The notes: generated by a model not told the origin, from the sequence alone. Positions 13,501-25,756 are shown, counted from the first letter of the stretch. The stretch is DNA of 64,000 nucleotides from Ministeria vibrans ATCC 50519 (GCA_943704425.1 CALSCP010000905.1:63253-127252), one strand, 5' to 3'. Numbers and translations: made by a program.

Positions 13501-16225
13501 TCGCGAAAATCCGGTGGTGCTCTTCTGCCCGCAAGACATCACGACCACCTCGAAGGCGAACGGCGACGATACCTCGAGCACTGTCACCTACACGAGCCCC
13601 TCTTTTGCCGACAATGTCGGCGTTGTCTCGGTGAGCCAGACGCACACGAGCAACGACTCATTTCCACTGGGGCTGTCCACTGTGACCTACATAGCAGCGG
13701 ATGCGGCCGGCAATCAAGCGATGTGCTCGTTTGCCGTGATTGTTGTCGATACGCACGCGCCCGTGTTCACCTTTTGTCCGCTCACGATCCAAATCCCGAC
13801 GGATCTTCACATGGACACGGCTTCCTTCCTGTGGCCTCTGCCCACGGTCAGCGACAACGACGCGGTGGTGTCCCTTTCTGCAGTGGACTACCCCGAGCCC
13901 AGCGGGATCTTTCCTCTTGGTCAGTCTCCTGTGGTGTACGTTGCTGTTGACCGGTCGGGCAACACTGCCTCGTGTAGCTTTGTGGTGGAGGTATTTGATG
14001 ACGAACCCCCTCGATTTGTGGCATGCCCCGGAGCTATTACGGCTCTCTCCACATCAGACGCGGACACCCAGGGAGCACAAGTGACGTGGGATGTTCGGGC
14101 AACCGACAACGTCGAACTTGCAACATTGACCGTCTTCCCGCCCATGACCACGACCTTTTCCATTGGCACGACGGCAGTTACAGCGATCGCTGTTGACACT
14201 GCAAGCTTGACAACCACGTGCGAGTGGACCGTGTCCATTCTGGATTCGCATGCACCAGTGTGGGCAAACTGTCCCAAAGACATTGCGGTGGACAATGATC
14301 TAGGCGGTATCGTAGCCAACGTCACTTGGCCAGCGCCCACGGTCGCTGACAATGTTGCGGTGGCGGAGACTCGTCTCACGCCGAGCTCTTCGGTGTTTTC
14401 GCCGGGTACCACTGCAGTGGTCTACTGGGCCGTTGACGACGCTGGCAACGAGGCTCTCTGTCAGTTTACAGTGACGGTGACGTTGGTGAACCATGCCCCC
14501 GTCTTCGTGACAAACTCGGACGCCTTCTCGGTCGACGAGAACGCTCCCGGTGGACAGATACTGACAGGCTCGCCTGTGATTGCAACCGACGTTGACTTTA
14601 ACCAGGAGCTGCTTTTCTCGATCACCGGCGGATTGGGCGCGAGCGCCTTTTCAGTGGACCAGCGCACGGGCGCTCTGCAGGTGAGCGGCATTGCGGATCT
14701 CGACTACGAGGTGCAATCGCAGTACGTCATTGAGTTGACCGTGACCGACAATGGGCTTCCCGCGCCACAGGCAGCCTCCAAAACCTTTACCATTGATCTG
14801 GTCAACGTCAACGATGCGCCTGTACTCACTTTCAGTCGCGATATTGCCTTTGACTATGCTGCCACCCACACGAACATGCTTGTGGCGACGGCAACCATGT
14901 TCGATGAAGACGGGCCGCACAAGCAAGAGCTTCTTCTTGAACTCGAAGGACCAGATGCAACGCGCTTTGTGCTGAACGTGACGTCAAACAATGCCGGGCA
15001 TGTCACTGCCCCCGCGCGACTGCCCATTGGCGAGTACCGTTTGGAGGCGTCGTTGACTGACGTGCCTGTTCGCTCCGACTGGCTTCCCATCTCGGTGCAG
15101 AAGCACGTTACCGTGGCGGTGCGCGCGAGCATCAAACTGGGTGCCGAGCTGACCGAGAATGACTGTGCTGCTGTGCTTCATGCCGATACCAATGCCACTT
15201 TTGCACTGCCGCTCCTTGAACAGTTCTATGCGACACTTGGCCTGCCACCTGGCTCCATTGACGCCGTCGAGGTGCTTTGTGGGGCACAACGCCGTCGCGC
15301 TGGCGCCAACGAGCCACCAGTTGTTGTCCTCAATCTGCCAGTGCTCCCGTCTCCTGTGGACATGTCGCCGGAAGCCCTTTCGGCGCTTCTTCAAAATGCC
15401 GTGAGCAATGGCACGTCTCCCTTCTTCAACAGCACGTTTGTGACCGACCCAAGCCAGATCCGGCTCTTCTTCATAAGCTCCACAGCGCCCGCGGCAGCAT
15501 CGTCGTCGTCGTCGTCGGCGTCGGTGAGCATTGGCATTGGCGCAGGAGTCGGCGTAGCCATTGTGCTGGTCGTTGTGATCCTACTTGTCTATCGCCACGG
15601 CCGAACAACCAAGTACAGCAGTCGGTCGGCCGCGAGCACGCACCAGTCGCTGGCGGGCTACCCAAGCACCTCTTCGACTGCTGCAGGTGGCTCCAAGCCC
15701 GTCGAGGGACTGGGCGCGTATCTACTGCAGGAGCATGGTCTTGAGATTGATACGGGCGACGTTGAAGACTTTGTGGCGAGTCCAAAGACGGGCCATGAGG
15801 TTGGCGAGATGGATGACGACTTCTTCATGGAGCCTGACGTGTGGCGCACCGTGACGGCGTCCAAGGCGTCGTCGCACTCGTCGTTCTGGGTAAACCCCAT
15901 CCTGTTCCTCGACGACGCGCCCGTGGGCGAGTCCACCGAGCTCTCCTCCTTCGACGCAGCGCCCGTCGGATCCCATCTCACGCGACGCGCCACGCTGCTC
16001 GAGTCGTTGAGCAAGTCGGGCTCGCTCTTCCTCGGCAACGATTTCCCCGCCACTCGCACTGCCAACGACGACGACGCCGACGACGCCACCCATGCCGCCT
16101 ACCCCAACCACCCCGACCACAGCGACACCGACGACGATGACAACTTCCTGGCCGACGACGACGACGACGACGACGCCGAGGATCCCAACTTTCTCGTCGA
16201 CGACGACGACGACGACCAGCTCTAG
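4528..16225 (+). CDS. Giant single-pass surface protein: signal peptide, Cys/Tyr-rich micro-exon modules, many TNFR-like Cys repeats, roughly 18-19 HYR domains, one clear plus one degenerate cadherin repeat, TM helix, acidic tail
   Basis: MISTLLLVVICLGREVAAQ signal peptide. Short GT-AG exons splice in frame from 4528 to ~8242, followed by one long exon. CxxCxxGxYExxACTxTxNRV repeats at ~7100-9800. HYR repeats (DxxxPxxxCP..W..PTATDN..FPxGxTxVxYxAxDAAGNxAxCSFxVxV) at ~9805-14480. Cadherin motifs DENAP, ATDVD, LDYE and VNVNDAP at ~14485-14825. TM SIGIGAGVGVAIVLVVVILLVY at ~15525-15592. TAG ends at 16225. Confidence 0.9.
5543..6665 (+). repeat. Near-identical ~205 bp exon-intron-exon duplication (5543-5747 vs 6252-6456; partial third copy 6554-6665)
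   Basis: Direct comparison shows about 2 mismatches, even though the block includes the whole intron gtattcaagacaaaagttc...cattttgt(a/g)cag. Confidence 0.9.
10100..11263 (+). repeat. Near-identical HYR-coding repeat (~10100-10280 vs ~11080-11261), each copy followed by an N gap
   Basis: aacacatc(a/g)ccgggcgccaacacaggcactgcctc...ggcaacaccgccacctgttcctt occurs twice with very few substitutions. Confidence 0.9.
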
Positions 16226-16414
16226 TCGTCCATCGAGCTATATTGCTTTTTCTTTCAAAAAAAAAACTTAATAAGAAAAAAATTGAATAAAACTGTTTTT
16301 TGTTGTTGTTTATCATTATTAATTTTTTTATTAAAATAAATTATTATTTTTAATAATTATTTATTTTTATTATTATAATTATTTACAATTCGATAGTTTA
16401 TGTTCATAGTCGAC

Positions 16415-17593
16415 CTATAATGCAATGAGAACCTCGGTTGCCACGCGATGCGACGGGGACTCGACAGTGTCTTCGGTCGCCCACAGTGCCACGGCCGAGC
16501 GCAGCTGAGTGTGTGCAGTGTCGTGCATCAATGCACGCACTCTCTCACGTCCCAACGACGCACACACGCGGCGCACGAGCCGAAGCAACCGCTCGCCCAG
16601 CACGTCATTTGCAAGGCGCTTACTCTCCGTCAGTATCTCCGCAATCAGTCTTGCGCTCTCCGTGTTCACCAATTCACTGTGGTGTCGCCCGTACAGCTGC
16701 GAGAGTAACATCAGTGAGATGCTCGCCGAGTCCGCCACGCGCGTCGCCTGCCCACAATGGACCAGTCGCAACAAAGTGCCCATCACACGCGTCAGTGGTC
16801 GCCCTTGCATCAGCGCCTCCTCTGCGCGCTCACTTGCAGTCAGCTCGCTCGTCTTAGTTCGCGTTGTTTCTTTTAGTGCACCCCGAACCAATCGCGCAAT
16901 GTCCTCCAGTACACCCTGTGTCAGTCGCAGTGGTCCTTCTACTGCCGTCAGCACCCCCTTCTCTGCTCCCAAGCCAACGGCAACGTACTCAATCGCAGTT
17001 GCACACGCACCGGCAAGCGGCGCACGCACATGCTCCCCATCCCACCCAATGGCAATCAGTGTCTCACAGACCAGTTCCAGAACACCCTCTGAGGTCGTTG
17101 TCTCAGGCTTCCCCACCAGCTCCACGAGTCGCTTCACCACCGCCGTATGATCATCTGTCCCTACCTGTGGCCTGCGCTCAGGCAGTGTGTGCTGCACAAC
17201 CACCGAGAGAACCCTCACTGCCCGCTGTACCAGCACAGGCCCTCCCTCTTCCTCTGCCACAAGTACACTCAGTACGGGGAACAGTCGCATCGCGTATTTT
17301 TCACACACTCGCTCCATCAAATCCTATAAAATATTAAAATCAAAGAGTTAACGTTGCATCAGCGTAAAACATTATGCATCACAATTATCGAGTAAAAGGT
17401 ACTTGTCGGAGGGCAATCGAGAGCAAATCAGCAAAGCAGGAGAGAACCAAAAAGCGAATGTCACTGACCGCCAGACGTCGAGCAGGAGCGTCACTATCGT
17501 GCACCACTAGGTCCGCACGTTCCAATACGCCCAGAAGACGTGTCATTAGCGCCTGGAGCTGTGGCTCTGATACATTTGGAATGCACTACACAT

Positions 17594-17677
<84 letters not shown>

Positions 17678-20600
17678 ATCAACATTGATAACACTGGCAC
17701 GATTAATAACAGTAAAAAATTATTTTCTTAAAAACTTTTCTTACGGAGATATAACTCTCAATGAGAGTCACGAGTGCACGGAAGAGGGATGCGGTCGTAG
17801 CGGGACCAATCACGTTAATGGCAACCACAGATTCTTGAGGGGGTGCACTACGTCGGTCGGCTGAAGCGGTGGCGGCAAAGAGAGAGAGGAGGGGCTCGAG
17901 AATGCTGGAGGGAAGCAGGTCGGGTGCGGAGGGCTCGTGGAGGAGGAGGTGATACTGGCGTGGGGTGGCTGTAAGGGCGGATGTGAGCAGGGCGAAGAGG
18001 TCGGCGCACTCGCGCAGGTCTTTTTGTCGCGCCAGATTCGCGTGACGACGCCCCACAAGCGCACGCAGAGCCGCCAGTAAGTGTTGTGCGCTCGTGTAGA
18101 ACTCACTGCGAAGGGTCTCGACACAGTAGCGGTGACAGCGCTTTATGTAGAGCTGCTCGTGATCTAGAACATTACTTGCGGCTGTGGGGCAGGCACAATC
18201 AATGGCCGAAGTGAGGTGTGCAAGACCGCCTTGTCGGGCGAACGTGGCCAGAGCCACTGCGGGCGACAGATGACACATGCGCGCTACTGCCACAAGTGCC
18301 TTGCCACGCACCACCTGCTCCGCTGTTGTTGATGCGATTGCAGAAGTTGAGCTGCGCTGTGTTGTTGCGACAGACATGAGTGTGTTCAACAGGGCCACAT
18401 CGCCAAAGAGTGCCTGTTGTACTCGCTTGAGTGCGCTACTGCTGCTCTCATTCAGAGGCACCAGTGTCAAAAGGAGCGAGAGACACGCCTGCCGTGCCAC
18501 AAGATGCGCGTCACGCAGACCCTGTGCAAGTGCTGATGTGCTGGCGGCTGCCTTATCAAACACGCCCACTGCAACGGCCGAGCGAGCAGTGGCGAGACGT
18601 GCCAGTGCAACCATCGCACTTGCACATGTGCTGTGTTCCTTTCGATAGGTCTGCCACAGTGCCAACGCCACGGCGCTCGTGCACAGTCGTGTTTGCACAA
18701 GATTGTGGGCCGTCGCGTGCACTGACACATTGGCAATGGTGTGCACTGCGGCACGACGCACATGGGGTTCTTCGTGGGAGCCGAGCGCACGAATGACAAT
18801 GGTAAAGGCGCCGTCAGGTGGCTGGACAGTTCCGTCGCCATCCACATTGCGAGTGACTGTGTAGAACAGTAGTTCGCCTAGAGCTGGCATGGCAGTGCGT
18901 TTGACCGCAATAGGCTGTGTCTGCAGTCGCAGCAGGTCCATGAGCGTCGCAAATACTGTGGGCACATTGAAGGCAACGCCGAGCTCGGGAGATTGACGCA
19001 CCACAAGACCAACAATGTGCGCAGCGGTGGCGCGTACGTCAATAGACGCTTCACGTTTCAACAGGGGACACAGCTGTTGAGCAATAAGCGGTGTCTGCGC
19101 AAGCACAGCAACACACGTTGTGTGTGAACAGAGCGACTCAAGGTAGCGCGCACAGGCGACACGCGCGCGCTCAGACTCGCCGTCACGACCAGAAAGAGCA
19201 CGTAGGACTCGCTCGAGGTGTTGTGTGGTGTTTTCAGGCGACTCACTCGCGAGTTTTGTGGCGGTGGTGGGACGAAACGGAAGATGAGCCTTATGCGGCG
19301 ATTTGGACGGGGATGTGGTGACAATGGGAGAGATGATAGAGTCAGTTGAATGGTAAGCGTCAAAGTCCATCTGAATGGCGGGTGCAGCTGCGTTGTCGCT
19401 GTGAGGCGCACTCTGGGGCTCGCGAGAGGACGGCTGTACATGTGCTACAGTTGATGCAATATCGTCATGAGCGGTTGTAGGGTGCTGCCTTGAATCGACG
19501 TCGAATGAGGGTGCTGAAGTAGCGCGTGTGGCGTGGTTGCTGCTGAGAGTGATGGTCTCTGAACCACTGGCGAGGTGACGTTGATTGACGGCTGCAAGGA
19601 CCGCGGCGCGGCCGAGTTGCCCATGTTGCACGAGTCGCGTGCGTTCGCGATCGTCAGCGGGTTTAGTAGCCTCCGTTCGTGGTGCATTAACAGCTTGCAG
19701 AATTGATGAAGATGAAGGGTTCACTTCAAGGGTCGTCTCTTCGATTGGCATTGTACTGCTGCTTGCCACAGCTGCCCGTGCAGCCTCCATCACCCTTTCA
19801 TAGTCACTGTCGTCACTTGAGACATCTCCTTCCTTCTCTTCATTAGCTATGCCGTCGTCGACGTCACTCTCCTCTGCCTTTGAGGTGGGCAAAGCAGCAA
19901 CAATTCGCCAGGGAGATGAGCGATGCATTGAGCCCACACTGGGCGGTCGTCGCTCGCCGTCCTCGACAGGCCCATCCAGCTCATGATCACGCTCGCTACA
20001 TGTTCTCGGCCTCCATACTTTACCGGCTTCTTCGAATTCCTCATCAATATCGTCGTCTGAGCGCATTTGCAGTGTGCCAACCAATCCGCCCGCCAGCGCG
20101 GCCGACGCACGGACGGACGCGTAGACCAAATGCGAGTGGTTCGCGTCAAACACTGCCGCTACGGCCTCCGCAAGTGCCTCTGCCTCGTCTCCACCCTCAC
20201 CCTCAGCCTCACTCTCGTCGTCGTCGTCGTCGCAGTCGTCGTCATCGTTCTCCTGGTGCCCATCGCGACGCAGTGAGCCAAACGAGACGCATGAGAGGTC
20301 AACAATGTGCTCGTCCCGCTGTAGACCTTCTTCTTCCTCTTCCGCACCAGCTGCAAGCGTCTCATCTTGATCTTGATGCGCGTCCACCGATTCATCAACC
20401 TCAAGCTCAAGGCGCTCTTCTCGTCGTGGGTAGTGGACTGTTCGGTGCTCTTCGGCAATGTCAAGAGAATCACAGAGCAGTGGTGTGTCTTCGCCCCAAA
20501 CGCGGTGCGTCGCAATCTCAGGCCAAGTGGCGCGTTCACTTGGGTCTTTAATAAGAAGTCGTTGCAGCAGATCACGCATGGCCTCGCTTGCATTCTCAGG

Positions 20601-21446
20601 CGGCTCATATTCGCCCGTGAGCGTCGCCAGCACCATTTCGTCATGGGTACCGCCACCAAAGGGGGCGGTGCCCGTCAGCATTTCGTGCACGACCACACCA
20701 AATGCCCACGTCTCTGCCGCCACCGTGTACATGCCTTGCGCATGAAAAAGCTCTGGTGCAGTATACTGGACGTGTGATGAGCGCGCTCGCGGCGGAGTCA
20801 TGATTCCGTCCTCCAGAAAAATCTTTGCAATGAACCAAAAGTTAGGACATTATCATTTCAAGGTTCGTTTTAATTTGGTCATGTTTCAAAAAATGATTAC
20901 ACCTGTGCTTCGTACCGCTCTGGTGAGGTCGCACCACTTGAGACCTCCAAGGGCATCGCACAAGATGTTTGTCGGATCCACGTTGGCCAGGAGGACGCTC
21001 ATGGAGCAGGCATGGACCAGGGCCGAGGCAATGTCGCGAGCAAATGCAATGGCTGTCGCCTCGGGCAACGGACCGTCTTGCTCTAAAAGTGCTTGCAGCG
21101 TCCCGCCGCTGCACAGTTCGCTCACTGTCCATATGTGTTGTTGGGTTTCATGCCATTCATACAGCTGGGCAATACGTGCCGAGTTTGACACTGAGTGACA
21201 GAGGACAGTTTGAAAAAAAATGATCAACAGCTCTCCTGGTAGCTTACACGTAGCGCGCGACACGACCGTCTGCGAGACGTGATGAAAAAGGACCTCTTGA
21301 GCTCGCGCTGAGCGTTCAACAAGGTCTCGGCGATCTTTATCGACGGACTTGACACACACATACTCAATGGTGTGTTTCTCGCGTCCACGGTACGCCACCG
21401 TGCCCGCTCCTCGCCCGCACTCTCCGTAGATGATGTACCGGTCCAT
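16415..21446 (-). CDS. ULK4: ULK4/RUNKEL-family pseudokinase with C-terminal ARM/HEAT repeats (spliced)
   Basis: N-terminus MDRYIIYGECGRGAGTVAYRGREKHTIEYVCVKSVDK..YEWHETQQHIWTVSELCSGGTLQALLEQDGPLPE matches ULK4/RUNKEL. Also YTAPEL, LLIKDPSERATWPEIATH, an acidic linker, and helical repeats containing AMPALGELLFY and DIRFLVLSCFADLL. Confidence 0.9.
17596..17671. repeat. (CA)n microsatellite in a ULK4 intron
   Basis: Visible dinucleotide run. Confidence 0.95.
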
Positions 21447-21652
21447 ACAGGATCTATCTTGCGCACTACAGATATGCGATAGTGCGAAGGTTGGAAGAAA
21501 GTGTGAATTCACTCACTGAATTGTGAAAGTGATCGGAATCATTCAGACAATTTTTGATCTTTTGTTTTTAGTCCCACCGCCCTCTCTCTTTCTCTCTCTG
21601 CCTCTCTCTTATCGCTCCACCAGTTACACCTTGCCTTCACTCCAGTGCTCCA

Positions 21653-21848
21653 ATGCCGCGCCCCTCCTCCCTGGTTGCCATTGTGGCGCTGTTTGTGTCG
21701 CTGACTCTCTCAGCGGCCGTCTCGCCGCCCCCGGGCGAGTCTGTGGTTCCCGTGCCCGACGATCCCTACGTCAATCGGTACTACATCTTTCTACTCTGCT
21801 TGCCGTACCCTTTCTCTTCAACCGTCTGTCACTTTTTTGTGACCGCAG

Positions 21849-21907
<59 letters not shown>

Positions 21908-23639
21908 TGAACTCACAGGCAAAAACTTCGCAGTCAGCGTGGCATGAATCTGATCAAGGTGAAGGAGTATCCTCTGGCCATCCCCTTTCTGGAGGAGACA
22001 GTGCGCCAAGTGCCTACCAGCTCGCGTGCTCTCAACGACCTGGGCGTCGTTCTGTGGCGTTTCGACGATCGAGTGGTGCGAGGAAAAAGAACAAACAAAA
22101 ACGCATCGCTGTCGTACGCTCAGGCGCGCCTCGTTTACACTCGTCTCTCCGTTGCCTATGCAGGGTGCTCGAAAGGCCTTTGAGAAGGCGCTAGCGCTGA
22201 ACCCGGACAACGACAAGGCGCGGCGTAACATGCGACACTTGAACGAGACGTATATGGGTGGACAGGGGGAGCGTGTCGAAGAGGACGAGTACGAGCCGGA
22301 GGTGTGGGCGATGGACGGGGTCTCGACGCGATCGTCGGGCCGGCATCGTCGCACGCCTCGCCAGGTTGAGCACAGGGTGGAACAGCTGCCGCAGCTGACA
22401 CTTGTCGAGTTGGAGGACGGCGAGGGCAAACCGCTGGACAACGGGTACACCAAAGGCCTGACCATGTTTGGGCTGCAGGGTGCCATGGACGCCTGGCCGC
22501 ATCCTATTGGGTCGGCCATTACGCTTGAGTACCTGCGCGAGAACCACGGTCACGAGATTGTCGACTACTATCCGGTGGGTGCGCAGTTTCAGTCGAAACC
22601 TGACACGCACCCCTACCGCATCGCCATGCGCGACGCCATCGACATGATGCTATTCAACTACAGCTTTTACGAGCCACACAACGTGGGCACATACTTTCAC
22701 TGGAACATGCTGGTCGAGGACGTAGCGGCGCTCAATGTGCGTCTGGGCGGTCGTCTGCCGAGCATGTTCAGTCGCGACCTGGACGCCCTGCGCATCTGCT
22801 TCGACAACGACCAGTCGGCCATGGAAGATATGATGTACGCCGAGCACTGGACCATGCTGCTTGTAGCGTCCCGTGGCGCCGGCATGTTCATGCACACCGA
22901 CTACCTGCGCACCAGCTCATGGCAGGCGCAGCTGCTGGGCCGCAAGCGCTGGCACCTGTGCTACCCCAACCAGACCGAGTTCATGTACTCGGCGGGCGAC
23001 TGGAGCGGCTTTGATCCTGACTATGACAACGTATTATGCAGTGGTGTGAATTGTGATTCTATTGCATGTGTATGCATGCATGTGTGTTTGTCTGTGTGTT
23101 TTCTTCTTCTTCTTTTTCTTTTCTTGTGATTTGTGTGTGTGTGTGTGTGTGCGTGTATGATTTCTTGTGTGAGTGGGGTGTGTCATTGTGTGTGTGTGTG
23201 TGTGTGATTTGACTTTCTCTCTCACACTCTTCTTTTTCTTACTTTTACTGTGCCAGTTTCCGAGGTTGCGTGATGCGACCTGTTACCAGCACGATGTACG
23301 TGAGGGCGAGATGTTCTACTATCCCGCAGTAAGTTACACGAGAGAAGGAATCGAATCGTTAATAATTGATAAAGAGAAGAGCAATTTAGAGCACATTAAT
23401 AATTATTATTATCATTATAGGACACATGGCACCAGACAGTCAACATTGACCCGATCAACATTGCATACAGTGCGTCTGTTGTCGACCACAACAACTGGCG
23501 CGACATCCACGAGGCGTTTGTAGGGCGCTGCACACGCGACTCCAATACCTACCAGCAGACCACCTGCGATATCCTTCCCGCATGCTATGAGAGATGGGAA
23601 CGTCATTTTGAGGGACATGCTCAGAACGACGAGCTCTGA
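21653..23639 (+). CDS. Secretory-pathway TPR + JmjC (2OG/Fe(II)) oxygenase with C-terminal NDEL
   Basis: Signal peptide MPRPSSLVAIVALFVSLTLSAA. TPR-like ALNDLGVVLW..GARKAFEKALALNPDNDKARRN. JmjC core GAGMFMHTD..WQAQLLGRKRWHL..VREGEMFYYPA|DTWHQTVN. The last exon reads ...HFEGHAQNDEL-TGA (23637-23639). Confidence 0.85.
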
Positions 23640-23700
23640 TGATATAATATAATATACTTAGCGAATGAGAGAAAGTGCATTATGTGCATAATCTTTATTA

Positions 23701-24209
23701 TTATTGTTGTTTACGGTAGTAATTTGCGGGAACAAATGGCATTTTTGTGACGGTGGCAGAGTAGAATTTGTTGCGAATGTTAACACGAAGCGTGGAGCCG
23801 ATTTTGGAGTGTGCCGGAGAAACATAGGCCATTGCGATGTTACGAGCGAGAGAGGGCGATGGGCCGCCACTGGTGATGGTCCCTGTACGGATACGTGTGA
23901 GACGTTCGCGCGTGATAATTAAGTGATTCGTGTGGGTGTGTGTGTACCGATTGCGTTTTGGTCGTCGTCTGCGCCAAACACTTCAGCGTGCTCTATTAGG
24001 GTTGGGGTTAGAGTTGGAGGTCGCGCTTGGCATTAGGGTTGGGGGACAGAACACTCAATCTCACTCATTAATGTTGTGTTCGCCTATGAGCCAGCGCAGG
24101 CGTTCGGNNNNNNNNNNNNNNNNNNNNNNNNNNNNNNNNNNNNNNNNNNNNNNNNNNNNNNNNNNNNNNNNNNNNNNNNNNNNNNNNNNNNNNNNNNNNN
24201 NNNNNNNNN

Positions 24210-24285
<76 letters not shown>

Positions 24286-25264
24286 TTATCTCGTACGTCG
24301 GGCGGGTGGACCTCCCTTGTCCAACAGCAGTCCAACTCTAACACGCTGCACAAGACTCTTTGTCTCCATCTCCTCCCACACGCGCGCACACCCCAAAAAC
24401 GCGTCCGGGCTCTTTGCTTTCTTCTTGTGCGCCCCAACTGTCCACAGCAGTCGCGCCTCATTGGGTGTCGTCTGCTCGTCCAGATCATTACCATACAGAC
24501 ACATACCAGCCTCCAGCCGCAGCGTGTCTCGTGCCCCCAGTCCCGCCATCATAACCTCCCCTCCACTCTCCTCAAGCAGTCGTGTTGTCACTGCCTCCGC
24601 CGCCTCACTCTCCATTGAAATCTACGGACCGAAGATCAATTATTATTATTACTTTTTTGTTTGTTGTTTTGATTTTTTTTTTTGATTTTGTGTTTTCACT
24701 TCAAATCCATCTTCGCCCGTGTACCCACATCGCGTCACTCGGCAACCTTCAACTCCGGCAATTGTCATCACTATATGCGCATGTACACAGGTGAACATTT
24801 GTGGGGTTTCGTCCTATTGCTATGTGTACCGTCCGATTCAAAGAACCCAATGGAACGGAGGTCTTTGTTTGTGTGCTTTGCAAGTTGTTCCGCTGCTTTG
24901 GGTCCCTGCAGCGCAATCAGTCCATTCTCAATCACAGACACGTTCACTTGCAGTCCTTGCGCCAACACAAGTTGTTCCTATACCACCAAAGGTTGTTAAA
25001 ACTAAGTCTGTAGTCCTTCCAGGAAGGAGGGCGTACCATCAGATGGGCCATGTCCTTGTCGGCACACGCCGCATTGAGCACGCAGTACAGATGGTCGCCT
25101 GCATTGGTCACAACCATGTCGTCCAGGATGCCGCCAGTCTCGCGCATCAGCAGGGTGAGCTGTCCCGTCGACGGCGCAAGGCAGTCCACATCGGCAACCA
25201 CAAGCCGGTTGAGGTACTTGACACGATCCGCTCCACCAATGCTACTCCAAAACGAATTATTGTC

Positions 25265-25306
<42 letters not shown>

Positions 25307-25756
25307 GCTTTTACCGAACTTGCAGCATATGCGACACGTCAAAAATCGACGCAGCGTTTCGCGTGTGGTGGTGCACCTTGGTCGTGCCGTCGGCGCCGTA
25401 CTGGAAGGGCATGGCGTAACCTGCAAAGGGGACCATCTTGGCATGCAGGCGTGTGTGTAGATCGTGAAGGGGCGTGTGTTTAAGCTATTGGAGCGGAGGG
25501 GGACGGTCAGCGGATGACTTGCGTTAAAAGAGCATTGTTTGCGTGAATTCACGTCCTCCTCAACGCACACGGCACCATTTCCATTGAATACACACCCATT
25601 GGCAACCCAGACAGACGCTGACCAGCAAACGGACTTCCCAAGTTCAGTTTTTCATTCTTTTCGTACCGGCTCATCGGAAAGAAAGCGCACTATGGCGGTC
25701 ACAGCCACAGGTTGCACATGACGCAAGGCTGGGAGACGTTTCAAGGCGCTCAGCAT
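23701..25756 (-). CDS. AMT: Aminomethyltransferase (glycine cleavage system T protein), mitochondrial
   Basis: Transit-like [13 protein letters not shown]; [11 protein letters not shown]; SIFDVSHM; GGILDDMVV; LIALQGP; [20 protein letters not shown]; [18 protein letters not shown]; [17 protein letters not shown]. Confidence 0.95.
24210..24282. repeat. (CA)n microsatellite in an AMT intron, abutting a gap
   Basis: Visible dinucleotide run. Confidence 0.95.

Noticed and set aside
8252-16316. Numerous overlapping alternate-frame and antisense ORFs
   Set aside because: Expected shadows of a GC-rich repetitive CDS; no independent motifs.
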